NCBI GenBank assembly: GCA_041743865.1 | Contig: JBGTLY010000030.1 | Location: 8,410-72,409, forward strand | DNA length: 64,000 nt | From: Woeseiaceae bacterium | Lineage (GTDB): Bacteria; Pseudomonadota; Gammaproteobacteria; Steroidobacterales; Woeseiaceae | Reading direction: 5' to 3' | Shown: one piece after another, positions 1 through 9,699 of the stretch | Layout of the letters: every line of letters starts with the position of its first letter | Numbering within the stretch: position 1 is the first letter of the stretch | Made by a program: the position numbers and the translations under genes | Notes under the pieces: model-generated | Database searches by the model: none | What the model was told of the DNA's origin: nothing | Seen by the model: the letters and a program-made list of their open reading frames with translations, nothing else

Positions 1-579
1 CGCGGTAATGAGTTTCGTCACGCTGTGGTCGCCAAAGAAGGTGCTGACCACGCCGCCGCCACCGAATGCGAGTTCTGCAGCATTACCGATACTGTTGGAT
101 TGCACGCCCGGCAGCAGCAAACCGGTTGCAACGATTGTTGAAATAGCGAATAGCCAGGCATACCACTTCTGGCCGAGTGCTTTTTCGAAATAGTAGGCCG
201 GGCCGCCACGGAACTGGCCTTCGTCGACTTCCTTGTAGATCTGTCCGAGTGCGGACTCGACATAGGCAGTGGAAGCGCCGAGGAACGCCACCACCCACAT
301 CCAGAAGACAGCGCCTGGGCCGCCGAATCCAATGGCTGCGGCAACGCCAGCGATGTTGCCTGTACCCACCCGTCCGGACAGCGACACGGACAGTGCCTGG
401 AAAGATGAAATGCCCCGGTCGGATTCTTTGCTCGAAAAGAGCAGGCGAATCATTTCGCGGAAAAGCCGTACCTGGACGAAACGCGTCTGGATGGAGAAAA
501 ACAGGCCCGCGCCGAGACAGAGGTAAATGAGCGCGCTGCTCCAGATATAGCCGTTGATCGTCCCGACGATTTCCTGCAT
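1..579 (-). CDS. alanine/glycine:cation symporter (AGCS family), N-terminal 193 codons; gene continues past the left window edge
   Basis: Not in the ORF track because it is open at the window edge. My minus-strand translation from ATG 579..577 gives MQEIVGTINGYIWSSALIYLCLGAGLFFSIQTRFVQVRLFREMIRLLFSSKESDRGISSFQALSVSLSGRVGTGNIAGVAAAIGFGGPGAVFW. This matches the conserved N-terminus of sodium:alanine symporters. Confidence 0.8.
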   Translation of the reverse strand, partial: MQEIVGTINGYIWSSALIYLCLGAGLFFSIQTRFVQVRLFREMIRLLFSSKESDRGISSFQALSVSLSGRVGTGNIAGVAAAIGFGGPGAVFWMWVVAFLGASTAYVESALGQIYKEVDEGQFRGGPAYYFEKALGQKWYAWLFAISTIVATGLLLPGVQSNSIGNAAELAFGGGGVVSTFFGDHSVTKLITA

Positions 580-615
580 GCCGTCCCCGACTGTTCGGTC
601 TTCCGCCGGATACTA

Positions 616-2793
616 CTATGCCTTACGGCTGACCGATACGACGCTGGGTAATTGTTCGAGACGGGCGATTGCGGTACTGAGTGTCGGCAAATCGGCGATT
701 TCTACGTTCAGACGCATTGTGACCTGCTGATCCCGCTTGTCCACGTGGCTCTGCAGGTCGAGGATGTTTGCGCCTTCGTCCGCCAGCACCATCGTGATGT
801 CCCGTATCAGGCCGCTGCGATCGAATGCCCGCAGGGTAAGGTCCACGGGATAGGTCGTCGACTCGGCGTCACCCCAGTCGACTTCGATGACACGTTGTGG
901 GCTTCGTTCCTCGAGGTTCGCAAAATTGCCGCAATCCTGCCGATGGATCGTCACGCCACGGCCTTGCGTGATGTAGCCGCCAATGCGCTCTGGCGGTACG
1001 GGACGGCAACAGCGGGCGAAATTGCACAACAGATCGCCGACGCCGCTTACCGCAATACCCTCTTTCGAACTCTTGCTCGGGCGTGCTCTTTTCGGCCGTA
1101 CGTTGCGCCGCGGCTCTGCACCGTGCAGTTGCTGCAGCGCCGTTGCGATTGCTGACGCCGTCAGTTCCCCGGCACCCAGCAGTACACACAGAGTTTCGGT
1201 GTCTTTCTGCTTCAGTTGCCGGGCGATCGCATCCGTAGCCGTGTCGCGCAACCCGAGGCGCGAAACTTCGCGCTCGAGTATTTCCCGCCCCTGGCGAAGA
1301 TGCTGCTCGCGATCCTGTTGCTTGAACCAGTTCCGGACCTTTGCGCGGTTGCGTACGCCCGCCAGGTATCCCAGGCGCGGAACGAGCCAGTCCCGGCTCG
1401 GGCTGGCTTTCCCGCCGGTGATGATCTCGATCTGGTCGCCGTTACGCACTTTGTACGTCAACGGGACGATGCGGCCATGTATCTTCGCCCCCCGGCACTT
1501 GTGGCCGACTTCCGTGTGGACCTGGTAGGCGAAATCGAGCGGCGTCGCACCGGCTGGCAATTCAACGACGTCGCCTTTCGGGCTGACCGCGTAGACGCGG
1601 TCCTCGAAAACGTCGTCACGGAGCTGGTCGAGCAGATCGCCGCTGTCGTCCGACGGTTCAAGCAACTGTCGCAGGAACAGGATCTTGCGGTCGAAGGCGG
1701 CCGGCGCGCCACCGCCCTCCTTGTAACGCCAGTGCGCGGCAATACCGAGTTCCGCCTGCCGGTGCATGTCCTCCGAGCGAATCTGGACTTCGAGAGTCTT
1801 GCCCTCGGGTCCGATCACCGCGGTATGCAGGGACCGATAATCGTTGTCTTTCGGATTGGCGATGTAGTCGTCGAATTCGCCGGGGAGGTAGGACCAGAGA
1901 TTGTGGACGACGCCGAGTGCGGCGTAGCAGTTGGTGATGTCGCCGACCAGCACCCGCACAGCGCGAATGTCGTACAGGGAGTCGAGTCCGCGATCCTTGC
2001 GCTGCATTTTTCGCCAGATGCTGTAGATGTGCTTCGGCCGTCCGGAAATCTCCGCCTCGATGCCGGCCGTCTCGAGTTCCGTCCGGAGCAGGCCGGTCAC
2101 CTTCGCAATGAATGCCTCGCGCTCGCCACGCTTTTCATGAAGGAGCTGCGCGATCGATGCGTAAGTCTCCGGCTCCAGGTAGCGGAAGGCGAGATCCTCG
2201 AGTTCCCATTTCAACTGCCAGACACCGAGGCGGCTTGCGAGCGCCGCATAGATTTCCCGAGTCTCGATAGCGAGTGCGCGGCGAAGCTCGGGGGCTGCCG
2301 ATTTGGCATGGCGAAGTCGATAGAGTTGCTCGGCGAGGCGCGCGAGTACGAGCCGGACGTCCGACGCCACAGACAGCAACATCTTGCGGAGGGCGTCCGA
2401 CTGCTGCGTGGCCAGCGCCTCGCCGGGCGACCAGTCGGCCGGAAGGGCAAAGCGGCTCAGCGAAACGAGTTCTGAAACAAGATGAGGAATTTTGTCTAAC
2501 GCATTGTTATTTATATCTTTCTTATCGATAAATCCATCCCGAACAGAGGCGCAGAGCCGCACGGCCTGCAGCACGTCGTCCGGCAAACCGAGCAAACGGA
2601 CGATGGACGCTATCTCCTCGCCCTCTGCACGGGCTGCGAGCGCGGCCGGCGATGCCGGGCACGATGCGAGCAGTTCGGCGACTGCGTCGGCAGAACGCGT
2701 TGTCGCGGCCGGCGTGCCGCTGTTTTCTGGCGAAGCGACCGGCATCGGGGAAGCCTGCAATCCTGTGCCTGTGTTGGGAATTGCCGTTATCAT
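616..2793 (-). CDS. relA: GTP pyrophosphokinase RelA ((p)ppGpp synthetase I)
   Basis: ORF 616..3129 trimmed to ATG 2793 (MITAIPN) because the upstream part overlaps yebC. It has the RelA/SpoT synthetase core (GRPKHIYSIWRKMQRK, DYRSLHTAV), a TGS region (VYAVSPKGDVVELPAGATPLDFAY) and a C-terminal ACT-like region. No clear HD hydrolase motif, hence RelA rather than SpoT. Confidence 0.9.
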   Translation of the reverse strand: MITAIPNTGTGLQASPMPVASPENSGTPAATTRSADAVAELLASCPASPAALAARAEGEEIASIVRLLGLPDDVLQAVRLCASVRDGFIDKKDINNNALDKIPHLVSELVSLSRFALPADWSPGEALATQQSDALRKMLLSVASDVRLVLARLAEQLYRLRHAKSAAPELRRALAIETREIYAALASRLGVWQLKWELEDLAFRYLEPETYASIAQLLHEKRGEREAFIAKVTGLLRTELETAGIEAEISGRPKHIYSIWRKMQRKDRGLDSLYDIRAVRVLVGDITNCYAALGVVHNLWSYLPGEFDDYIANPKDNDYRSLHTAVIGPEGKTLEVQIRSEDMHRQAELGIAAHWRYKEGGGAPAAFDRKILFLRQLLEPSDDSGDLLDQLRDDVFEDRVYAVSPKGDVVELPAGATPLDFAYQVHTEVGHKCRGAKIHGRIVPLTYKVRNGDQIEIITGGKASPSRDWLVPRLGYLAGVRNRAKVRNWFKQQDREQHLRQGREILEREVSRLGLRDTATDAIARQLKQKDTETLCVLLGAGELTASAIATALQQLHGAEPRRNVRPKRARPSKSSKEGIAVSGVGDLLCNFARCCRPVPPERIGGYITQGRGVTIHRQDCGNFANLEERSPQRVIEVDWGDAESTTYPVDLTLRAFDRSGLIRDITMVLADEGANILDLQSHVDKRDQQVTMRLNVEIADLPTLSTAIARLEQLPSVVSVSRKA

Positions 2794-2917
2794 ACGCGCA
2801 GTTTCCGACTCTGTGGCCCGGTCGGATTCGCTGCTTCGCAAACCCGTACCCGATTGAGGGCCCGATTCCGAGCTGGTGGGAACACCCTCGACGACATGGC
2901 CTTGCGGCAGGGAAACC

Positions 2918-3658
2918 ATGGCAGGACACAGCAAGTGGGCGAACATCCAGCACCGGAAGGGCGCCCAGGACAAGAAACGTGGAAAGCTGTTCACGAAACT
3001 CATTCGCGAGATCACGACCGCGGCGCGCATGGGCGGGAGCGATATCGATGCCAATGCGCGGCTCAGGCTCGCCGTCGACAAGGCCAAGGCGCAGAGCATG
3101 CCCAAGGACAATATCGAGCGTGCGATCAAGCGCGGCTCCGGTGCGCTTGGCGATGCCGACTACCATGAAATTCGTTACGAGGGTTACGGACCGGGCGGCA
3201 CCGCCGTGATCGTGGATTGCCTCACAGACAACAGGAACCGTACCGTGGCCGATGTCCGGCATGCGTTCTCGAAATGTGGCGGCAACCTGGGTGCCGACGG
3301 CTCCGTCGCCTACCTGTTCCACCACGTGGGACAACTGTTCTACCCGCCCGGCAGCAGCGAGGAGGCAATCATGGAGGCGGCGATAGACGCGGGTGCCGAG
3401 GACGTACTCGTCGATGACGACGGATCCATCGAGGTGCTCACCGATCCGACCGAATTCGAGCAGGTACGGATGGCCATGATGAAGGCCGGTCTCGAACCCG
3501 GCGAGGCCCTGCTCACTCTCCGTGCGTCCACCAGCGCTGGCATCGACGGTGACGATGCGGTATCGATGCACAAAATGCTCGAAATGCTGGAAGACCTCGA
3601 CGACGTTCAGGAGGTCTACTCCAATGCCTATGTCTCCGAAGATGCGCTCGATGCGTGA
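2918..3658 (+). CDS. yebC: YebC/PmpR family DNA-binding transcriptional regulator
   Basis: ORF 2876..3658 trimmed to ATG 2918. The N-terminus [32 protein letters not shown] is the hallmark YebC start. It sits directly upstream of ruvC, as in E. coli. Confidence 0.92.
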   Translation: MAGHSKWANIQHRKGAQDKKRGKLFTKLIREITTAARMGGSDIDANARLRLAVDKAKAQSMPKDNIERAIKRGSGALGDADYHEIRYEGYGPGGTAVIVDCLTDNRNRTVADVRHAFSKCGGNLGADGSVAYLFHHVGQLFYPPGSSEEAIMEAAIDAGAEDVLVDDDGSIEVLTDPTEFEQVRMAMMKAGLEPGEALLTLRASTSAGIDGDDAVSMHKMLEMLEDLDDVQEVYSNAYVSEDALDA

Positions 3659-4215
3659 CCCGTGCTGACGATGGCTGCAGGTGCGTGGAGCTTGTGACCC
3701 GGAAACGGCGCATTCTGGGGATCGACCCGGGCTCGAGAGTGACCGGTTTCGGCGTTGTTGACGTCGTCCGCGCGGAATCCTTCTATGTAGCGAGCGGTAC
3801 GGTGCGGAGTCTTACCGGCGATTTTCCGAACCGACTTCGGCAGATTTTCGAATCGATCACGGCGATCGTGGATGACTATCGACCGGACGTGGTTGCGATA
3901 GAGTCCGTTTTCATGCACAAGAATGCATCCAGCGCCCTCAAACTCGGCCAGGCACGATCCGCGGCCCTGTGCGCCACTTTCAGCCGTTGCCCCGAGGTCT
4001 ACGAATACGCCCCGCGGGAGATCAAACAGGCCGTCGTCGGCACCGGCGCCGCCAGCAAGGAGCAGGTCCAGCACATGGTCGTATCGCTCTTGCGTCTGTC
4101 TGCGGTTCCGGCACCCGATGCCGCAGACGCACTGGCGGCGGCGCTTTGCCACGGGCACCAGCGGCGCATACGGCAACGCCTGGGTGAACAGCTTGTCGTC
4201 GCCGGGCTGAGGTAA
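3655..4215 (+). CDS. ruvC: crossover junction endodeoxyribonuclease RuvC
   Basis: Contains [16 protein letters not shown], the catalytic Asp motif. GTG 3655 overlaps the yebC stop (GTGA). In-frame GTGs at 3685 or 3694 would give a more typical N-terminus, so the start is uncertain by about 40 nt. Confidence 0.9.
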   Translation: MTRADDGCRCVELVTRKRRILGIDPGSRVTGFGVVDVVRAESFYVASGTVRSLTGDFPNRLRQIFESITAIVDDYRPDVVAIESVFMHKNASSALKLGQARSAALCATFSRCPEVYEYAPREIKQAVVGTGAASKEQVQHMVVSLLRLSAVPAPDAADALAAALCHGHQRRIRQRLGEQLVVAGLR

Positions 4216-4222
4216 TTCAGGC

Positions 4223-4807
4223 ATGATCGGCTCGTTGCGCGGCCAGCTCACGTTCAAGCAGGCGCCCGTCATCATCGTCGAATGTCACGGCGTCGGTTAC
4301 GATGTCGAGACCCCGATGTCCACTTTTTTTGCCCTGCCGGCCACGGGGAAGGACGTTTTTCTCTTCACGCACCTGCTCGTGCGTGAGGATGCCCAGATCC
4401 TCTATGGATTCGCGACCGACGAAGAGCGCGCACTATTTCGCAATGTATTGAAAGTTCGCGGTGTCGGCGCCCGCATCGGGCTTGCGATATTGTCTGCCCT
4501 GACCGTCGGGGATTTCAGCCGCTGCATTGAACGCGAGGATACTGCAGCGCTGGCGAGGATTCCCGGCATCGGCAAGAAAACGGCGGAGCGGCTGGTAATT
4601 GAAATGCGGGACCGGATCAATGTGACTACGGGGGGTAGCGGAACGCGCGCCTCCGTTCCCCAGGGACCCAAAGCCGAGGCCGTCGATGCCCTGGTTGCTC
4701 TCGGCTACAAGCTGTCGGAAGTGAACAGGCTGCTCGCGAAACTGCCCATCGAAGGGAAGTCTGCCGAGGACATCATCCGCCTGGCGCTCAGGCAGGCGGT
4801 CAACTGA
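4223..4807 (+). CDS. ruvA: Holliday junction branch migration complex subunit RuvA
   Basis: MIGSLRGQL...[11 protein letters not shown]-terminus and HhH region ([21 protein letters not shown]). Position between ruvC and ruvB. Confidence 0.95.
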   Translation: MIGSLRGQLTFKQAPVIIVECHGVGYDVETPMSTFFALPATGKDVFLFTHLLVREDAQILYGFATDEERALFRNVLKVRGVGARIGLAILSALTVGDFSRCIEREDTAALARIPGIGKKTAERLVIEMRDRINVTTGGSGTRASVPQGPKAEAVDALVALGYKLSEVNRLLAKLPIEGKSAEDIIRLALRQAVN

Positions 4808-4809
4808 CC

Positions 4810-5859
4810 ATGGCGAGTATCGAACGAGACCGGCTGACGAGCGCCGAACCGAAATCCGACGACAGGGCCTTCGACCGGGCGATCCGGCCGAAGACACTGG
4901 CGGACTATGTCGGGCAGCCCGGTGTAAAGCAGCAGATGGGCATATTTATCGAGGCGGCCCGGCGTCGCCGCGAGTCGCTGGACCACGTCCTGATCTTCGG
5001 GCCGCCAGGCCTCGGCAAGACGACGCTCGCACACATCGTCGCCAACGAGATGGGGGTGAACCTGCGGCAGACGTCCGGGCCGGTGCTCGAGCGCCCGGGC
5101 GACCTGGCGGCGATTCTTACGAATCTCGAGCCCAACGACGTGTTGTTCGTCGATGAGATCCATCGTCTGAGCCCGGTCGTGGAGGAGGTGTTGTACCCGG
5201 CGCTGGAGGATTTCCAGCTCGACATTGTCATCGGCGAAGGTCCGGCCGCTCGTTCCATCAAGCTCGACCTGCCGCCGTTCACGCTTGTCGGGGCGACGAC
5301 GCGGGCGGGACTTCTGACGTCGCCTTTGCGCGACCGGTTCGGCATCGTGCAACGACTCGAGTTCTATACTGCAGCGGATCTTGAGGCGATTGCGAAGCGA
5401 TCCGCGGGTATACTGAATCTCGAGATCCACGACGACGGTGCAGGGGAAATCGCCCGCCGTTCGCGAGGTACGCCGCGGATTGCGAATCGCCTGCTGCGCC
5501 GCGTCAGGGATTTCGCCGAGGTCGAGGCGGATGGCGTCGTGACCGGCGAAGTGGCCATCCGCGCCATGGACTTGTTGCAGGTCGATCCGCACGGCTTCGA
5601 TGCCATGGACCGGCGACTTCTGCAGACCATTATCGAGAAATTCGACGGTGGCCCCGTTGGCATTGAGAGTCTCGCCGCAGCGGTCGGCGAGGAGCGAGGC
5701 ACGATCGAGGACGTACTCGAACCCTACCTCATCCAGCAAGGCTTTATGATGCGTACCGCGCGCGGTCGTGTGGCAACCCAGAACGCGTATCTGCACCTGG
5801 GCCTTGCGTCACCGCGGCGGGCAGGGGAGCAGGAATTGCCCCTGTTCGACCGGAACTAG
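4810..5859 (+). CDS. ruvB: Holliday junction DNA helicase RuvB
   Basis: Walker [12 protein letters not shown], Walker [10 protein letters not shown] and sensor motif [16 protein letters not shown]. Length 349 aa. Confidence 0.97.
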   Translation: MASIERDRLTSAEPKSDDRAFDRAIRPKTLADYVGQPGVKQQMGIFIEAARRRRESLDHVLIFGPPGLGKTTLAHIVANEMGVNLRQTSGPVLERPGDLAAILTNLEPNDVLFVDEIHRLSPVVEEVLYPALEDFQLDIVIGEGPAARSIKLDLPPFTLVGATTRAGLLTSPLRDRFGIVQRLEFYTAADLEAIAKRSAGILNLEIHDDGAGEIARRSRGTPRIANRLLRRVRDFAEVEADGVVTGEVAIRAMDLLQVDPHGFDAMDRRLLQTIIEKFDGGPVGIESLAAAVGEERGTIEDVLEPYLIQQGFMMRTARGRVATQNAYLHLGLASPRRAGEQELPLFDRN

Positions 5860-5869
5860 GGCGCGGTCG

Positions 5870-6268
5870 ATGAGCAAGGAAGCGTTCGAATGGCAAATCC
5901 GCGTCTACTACGAAGATACCGATGCCCAGGGTGTCGTCTACTACGCGAATTATTTTCGTTTTCTCGAGCGCGCCCGTACGGAGTGGCTGCGATCACTCGG
6001 TGTAGACCAGGTTCGAATGATGCAAGTGGAACGCCGCATCTTCGTCGTGGTCAGTACACATGCAGATTTCATTGCCCCGGCGCGTTTCAATGACCAGATT
6101 ACCGTCACCGCGGCATTGGCGGATTTGTCCCGCGCGACCTTTGATATTGAGCAGTCGATATTTCGCGGGAACGCATTGCTGCTACGAAGTGGCGTCAAGG
6201 TCGCGCTGCTGGATGCGGACACCATGAAACCACAGCGCGTTCCCGGAACTTTGTTTAAAGGAAACTGA
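5870..6268 (+). CDS. ybgC: tol-pal system-associated acyl-CoA thioesterase YbgC (4HBT fold)
   Basis: ORF 5768..6268 trimmed to ATG 5870 (MSKEAFEWQIRVYYEDTDAQGVVYYANYFRFLERAR). This is the hot-dog thioesterase signature. It lies immediately upstream of tolQ. Confidence 0.87.
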   Translation: MSKEAFEWQIRVYYEDTDAQGVVYYANYFRFLERARTEWLRSLGVDQVRMMQVERRIFVVVSTHADFIAPARFNDQITVTAALADLSRATFDIEQSIFRGNALLLRSGVKVALLDADTMKPQRVPGTLFKGN

Positions 6269-6269
6269 G

Positions 6270-6965
6270 ATGCAACCTGAACTGGATATGTCAGTCGTTA
6301 GTCTCGTCCTGGGGGCGAGCTGGCCGGTCATCATCGTGCTGTTGCTGTTGCTGGCCGCCTCGATCGTGTCGTGGAGCATCATATTCACGAAGCGCCGTGT
6401 CATAAGCAAAACCAAGGCGGCTTCCGACGACTTCGAAGCGGCGTTCTGGTCTGGCGGAGACCTGAATACCTTGTATCACAGCGCCACACGAGAGAAAGGC
6501 GGCGCGCACGGCATGGCCAGCATATTCGAGGCGGGATTTCGCGAGTTCAATCGCCAGGTCCAGCAGGGCGACAGCAGCCCCAGCAAGATCGTAGAGGAAT
6601 GTCGCCGCGCCATGAATGTCGCGCAGATGCGCGAGGTGGACCGGCTCGGGCAGAGTCTTGCGACGCTGGCAACCATCGGATCGACCAGTCCCTACGTCGG
6701 GCTGTTCGGGACGGTTTGGGGCATCATGATTGCGTTCATGGGTCTCGGCAGCATGGCCCAGACGGCAACGCTGGCTATTGTCGCGCCGCCGATCGCCGAG
6801 GCGTTGATCGCGACGGCCATGGGCCTGTTCGCTGCGATCCCCGCGGTGGTGGCCTACAACCGCTACGCCGACAAGGTTGTACGGCTCGAGTACCGCTATG
6901 ACACCTTCCGCGAGGAGTTCACCAGTATCCTCGAGCGCCACGCGCGGAATCGTAAGGAACGCTGA
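6270..6965 (+). CDS. tolQ: Tol-Pal system protein TolQ (MotA/TolQ/ExbB proton channel)
   Basis: 231 aa with three TM segments and the conserved C-terminal region GLFGTVWGIM...IAEALIATAMGL. Position in the tol cluster. Confidence 0.93.
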   Translation: MQPELDMSVVSLVLGASWPVIIVLLLLLAASIVSWSIIFTKRRVISKTKAASDDFEAAFWSGGDLNTLYHSATREKGGAHGMASIFEAGFREFNRQVQQGDSSPSKIVEECRRAMNVAQMREVDRLGQSLATLATIGSTSPYVGLFGTVWGIMIAFMGLGSMAQTATLAIVAPPIAEALIATAMGLFAAIPAVVAYNRYADKVVRLEYRYDTFREEFTSILERHARNRKER

Positions 6966-6966
6966 A

Positions 6967-7410
6967 ATGCCGACTCCCGTACACAAGCGCAAACTGATGG
7001 GCGAGATCAACGTCGTGCCCTATATCGACGTAATGCTGGTCCTGCTGGTGATATTCATGGTGACGGCACCGCTTTTGACGCAGGGTGTGGAGGTAGAGCT
7101 GCCAAAGGCGGGTGCGTCACCCATCGAACAAGTCGCGGATACGACACCGCTGGTGCTTAGCGTCGACGCGGATGGCAACCTGTATCTCGATGTCGGAGAT
7201 AACGAGGAAGAACCCCTCGGCGCCGGGGAGATCGTCGATCGCGTCGGTATCGTGCTGCGCAACCAGCCTGAAACACCGGTGCTGGTCAAGGCTGACCGGA
7301 ATGTGCCTTATGGCAATGTCGTCGGTGCCATGGTGCTGTTGCAGAGAGGCGGTGCGGACAAGGTCGGCTTCGTCACGGACCCGTTGGACACGTATCCCGT
7401 GCCCGAGTAA
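6967..7410 (+). CDS. tolR: Tol-Pal system protein TolR (ExbD/TolR family)
   Basis: ORF 6877..7410 trimmed to ATG 6967, 1 nt after the tolQ stop. N-terminal motif MGEINVVPYIDVMLVLLVIFMVTAPLL. Confidence 0.9.
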   Translation: MPTPVHKRKLMGEINVVPYIDVMLVLLVIFMVTAPLLTQGVEVELPKAGASPIEQVADTTPLVLSVDADGNLYLDVGDNEEEPLGAGEIVDRVGIVLRNQPETPVLVKADRNVPYGNVVGAMVLLQRGGADKVGFVTDPLDTYPVPE

Positions 7411-7413
7411 GAC

Positions 7414-8262
7414 GTGCTGCGCGATACGCACAATATCATCCCGATCACGCTTGCCATACTCCTGCATGTGCTGGTGATGGGTTCCTTCGTGTTCGCGTTT
7501 GACTGGGCGCGGCAACATGCCGAGCCCTTGCCTCTGGCCGTGACGGCCACCCTGGTCGACGCCCAGTCCCTGGCGGCGGCGTCAGTCGTTGCACCCCAGC
7601 CCGAACCCGAACCCGAACCCGAAGTCGAGGACCCGGACCCGGAGCCGGAACCCGACCGGACGGCGGAGGTCCGCGCAAAGGCGGAGGAACAGGCCCGGCT
7701 CGACGAACTTCGCCGTGAGCAACAGAGACAGCAAGCCGAGGAGCGGGCGCGTCTGCAGCGGATCGAAGACGAAAAGGAAGCGCAGCGCAAATCGGAGGAG
7801 GAGGCCCGGCGCAAGGCTGAGGTGGAAGCCGGGCTGGAGCGGCAGAGGGCCGCGGCCGAACAGCGGCGAAAGGATGAGGAGGAACGGCAGAGACGTGAAA
7901 ACGAGCGATTGCGCCGCGAGGCCGAGGCAGCGCAACTGCAGGCACAGATCGATGAGGAGGCCGACCGGCTTGCCGCGCGCAGTTCCGAAGACATGGCCGC
8001 CTATCAGTTCGCCATCAAGCAAAAGGTCGAACGCGCATGGGTCGCTCCCGCGAATGCGCCGCGCGATCTCGAATGCACGGTCGCGGTTCGACAGAATCCG
8101 AACGGGGATGTGTTGTCTGTGAATGTCGTAAGTTGCAACGGCGACTCTATCGTCGTCCGGTCCATCGAAACCGCCGTGATGAAGGCATCGCCCTTGCCGC
8201 GGCCTCCCAATCCCCTCCTGTTTGATACAAACTTGCGGTTTATCTTCAAACCTGAACAATAG
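7414..8262 (+). CDS. tolA: cell envelope integrity protein TolA
   Basis: GTG start. It has an N-terminal TM anchor, a Pro/Glu/Asp linker, a long Glu/Arg/Ala/Lys-rich helical domain and a C-terminal TolA domain (WVAPANAPRDLECTVAVRQNPNGDVLSVNVV). Position between tolR and tolB. Confidence 0.87.
   Translation: MLRDTHNIIPITLAILLHVLVMGSFVFAFDWARQHAEPLPLAVTATLVDAQSLAAASVVAPQPEPEPEPEVEDPDPEPEPDRTAEVRAKAEEQARLDELRREQQRQQAEERARLQRIEDEKEAQRKSEEEARRKAEVEAGLERQRAAAEQRRKDEEERQRRENERLRREAEAAQLQAQIDEEADRLAARSSEDMAAYQFAIKQKVERAWVAPANAPRDLECTVAVRQNPNGDVLSVNVVSCNGDSIVVRSIETAVMKASPLPRPPNPLLFDTNLRFIFKPEQ
7600..7623 (+). repeat. in-frame hexanucleotide microsatellite (CCCGAA)x4 inside tolA, encoding a PE dipeptide repeat
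   Basis: Read directly: four perfect tandem CCCGAA units at 7600..7623, embedded in the degenerate Pro/Glu/Asp-coding stretch 7591..7656. Confidence 0.9.
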
Positions 8263-8289
8263 GGCTCTCACAGCGAGGCAATCTTCAAA

Positions 8290-9621
8290 GTGACCAGTTT
8301 TCCCGGCATTACCCTGTCTCTCCTGCGCTGCATGGCGATCGCGATGCTGTTTTGCCTCGCTCCTCCGCCGGCAAGCGCAGAGATCACTATCGAGATCACC
8401 AGCGGTGGCGGCGTCAAGCGGGCACCGATCGCGGTCGTCCCGTTTGGCTGGGAGGGGCAGGGCGGCAGCGCTCCGCTCGATATTGCGGAGGTGATCAGCG
8501 CCGACCTCTACCGAAGCGGACGCTTCGATCCTGTGCCGGCGACGGAGATGTTGCAGAAGCCGACGGCCGGCACGGACATCGACTTCGAGGACTGGACGCG
8601 CCTCAGCATAGAGGCTGTGGTCATCGGCAGTGTCGAGCAGACGGGGGAAAACGCGTACACGGTGCAGTTCCAGCTATTCGACCCGTACCAACGCACCCAG
8701 CTGGTGGGTTACCGCATGCCGGCCAGCCGCGGCAACATGCGCCTGGTTGCGCACCGTGCCGCGGATATGATCTACGAGAAGTTGACTGGCATCAAAGGCG
8801 TTTTCGCGACACAGGTGGCGTTTGTCTCTGCGACGAAGCAGGCCGATGGCACGCGCTACCGGCTGATCGTTGCCGACTATGACGGCGAGACCGAACACAC
8901 GATCATGGAGAGCAACGACCCGATCATGTCACCGGCCTGGTCGCCGGACAGCCGGCGCCTCGCGTATGTATCCTTCGAGGGCAACCGTTCGTCGATCTAC
9001 GTGCAACAGCTCAGAACCGGCAACCGCATCCAGATATCGGCGGAGCCCGGCATCAACGGTGCTCCGTCTTTTTCGCCTGACGGACGCAAACTTGCCGTAA
9101 CGCTCGGCGGTGTGGACGGCAATCTTGACATCTACACGATCGACATGGCCACCCGGGAAAAAACCCGGCTGACCACGCACCGGGCCATCGACACCGAGGC
9201 CACCTGGTCGCCGGATGGGCGTTACATCTACTTCACGTCCGACCGGGCCGGCGGGCCCCAGATCTACCGCGTGCCGGCTGTCGGTGGATCGGCCGAGCGC
9301 GTGACCTTCGAGGGGAGTTATAATGCGCGCCCGCGTCTGTCGCCGGACGGCGAGAAACTGGCGCTCGTGCTCAACGACGGCGGAAACTTCCGCATTGGCA
9401 TCGTGGACCTCGAGCGGAAGGATCTGCTGATTCTCTCGACGGGGCGCCAGGACGAATCGCCGAGCTTTGCGCCGAACAGCGATATCCTGATCTATGCGAC
9501 ACGACAGGCCGAGAACGGAGTCCTCGAGACGGTGACGGCCAACGGTCTCATCCGGCAACGCATGGCGTCCGGGCAGGGAGACGTACGCGAGCCCGTGTGG
9601 TCGCCGTTTCCGCTGTACTAA
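8290..9621 (+). CDS. tolB: Tol-Pal system beta-propeller protein TolB
   Basis: Signal peptide followed by an N-terminal TolB domain. Repeated beta-propeller blades with SP(A/S)WSPDG-type motifs (MSPAWSPDSRRLAY, APSFSPDGRKLA, EATWSPDGRYIYF, RPRLSPDGEKLA). GTG start. Confidence 0.93.
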   Translation: MTSFPGITLSLLRCMAIAMLFCLAPPPASAEITIEITSGGGVKRAPIAVVPFGWEGQGGSAPLDIAEVISADLYRSGRFDPVPATEMLQKPTAGTDIDFEDWTRLSIEAVVIGSVEQTGENAYTVQFQLFDPYQRTQLVGYRMPASRGNMRLVAHRAADMIYEKLTGIKGVFATQVAFVSATKQADGTRYRLIVADYDGETEHTIMESNDPIMSPAWSPDSRRLAYVSFEGNRSSIYVQQLRTGNRIQISAEPGINGAPSFSPDGRKLAVTLGGVDGNLDIYTIDMATREKTRLTTHRAIDTEATWSPDGRYIYFTSDRAGGPQIYRVPAVGGSAERVTFEGSYNARPRLSPDGEKLALVLNDGGNFRIGIVDLERKDLLILSTGRQDESPSFAPNSDILIYATRQAENGVLETVTANGLIRQRMASGQGDVREPVWSPFPLY

Positions 9622-9651
9622 TGTATATTTTAAGTTTCTATTGTAAGACAC

Positions 9652-9659
9652 TGTATAAT
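9652..9659 (+). promoter_or_regulatory. putative extended -10 element (TGtTATAAT) in the AT-rich tolB-pal spacer
   Basis: TG at 9652..9653, then T, then TATAAT at 9654..9659, 41 nt upstream of the pal ATG. It lies within a 78-bp very AT-rich island in otherwise GC-rich DNA. No good -35 seen. Confidence 0.35.
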
Positions 9660-9699
9660 TTAATAACTTTCACTGCATGATTCGCGAAAAGGCTTAGAC

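Noticed and set aside
1216-2475. 419-aa plus-strand ORF, plus several shorter ones, inside the relA region
   Set aside because: It is entirely antisense to a well-supported relA gene. The protein is low-complexity (Arg/Ala/Pro-rich) with no motifs. This is a typical stop-free shadow frame in GC-rich DNA.
7591-7656. Possibility that the short tandem repeats, or any other repeat in the window, represent a CRISPR array
   Set aside because: The units are 6 nt, contiguous and in-frame inside tolA. There is no repeat-spacer architecture of 25-40 nt units anywhere in the window, and there are no cas genes.
7308-8271. Three long minus-strand ORFs (228, 166 and 229 aa) and a 177-aa plus-strand ORF over tolA
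   Set aside because: These are shadows of the repetitive Glu/Arg/Ala-coding tolA helical domain. Their translations are Ser/Arg/Pro/Leu low-complexity sequence.
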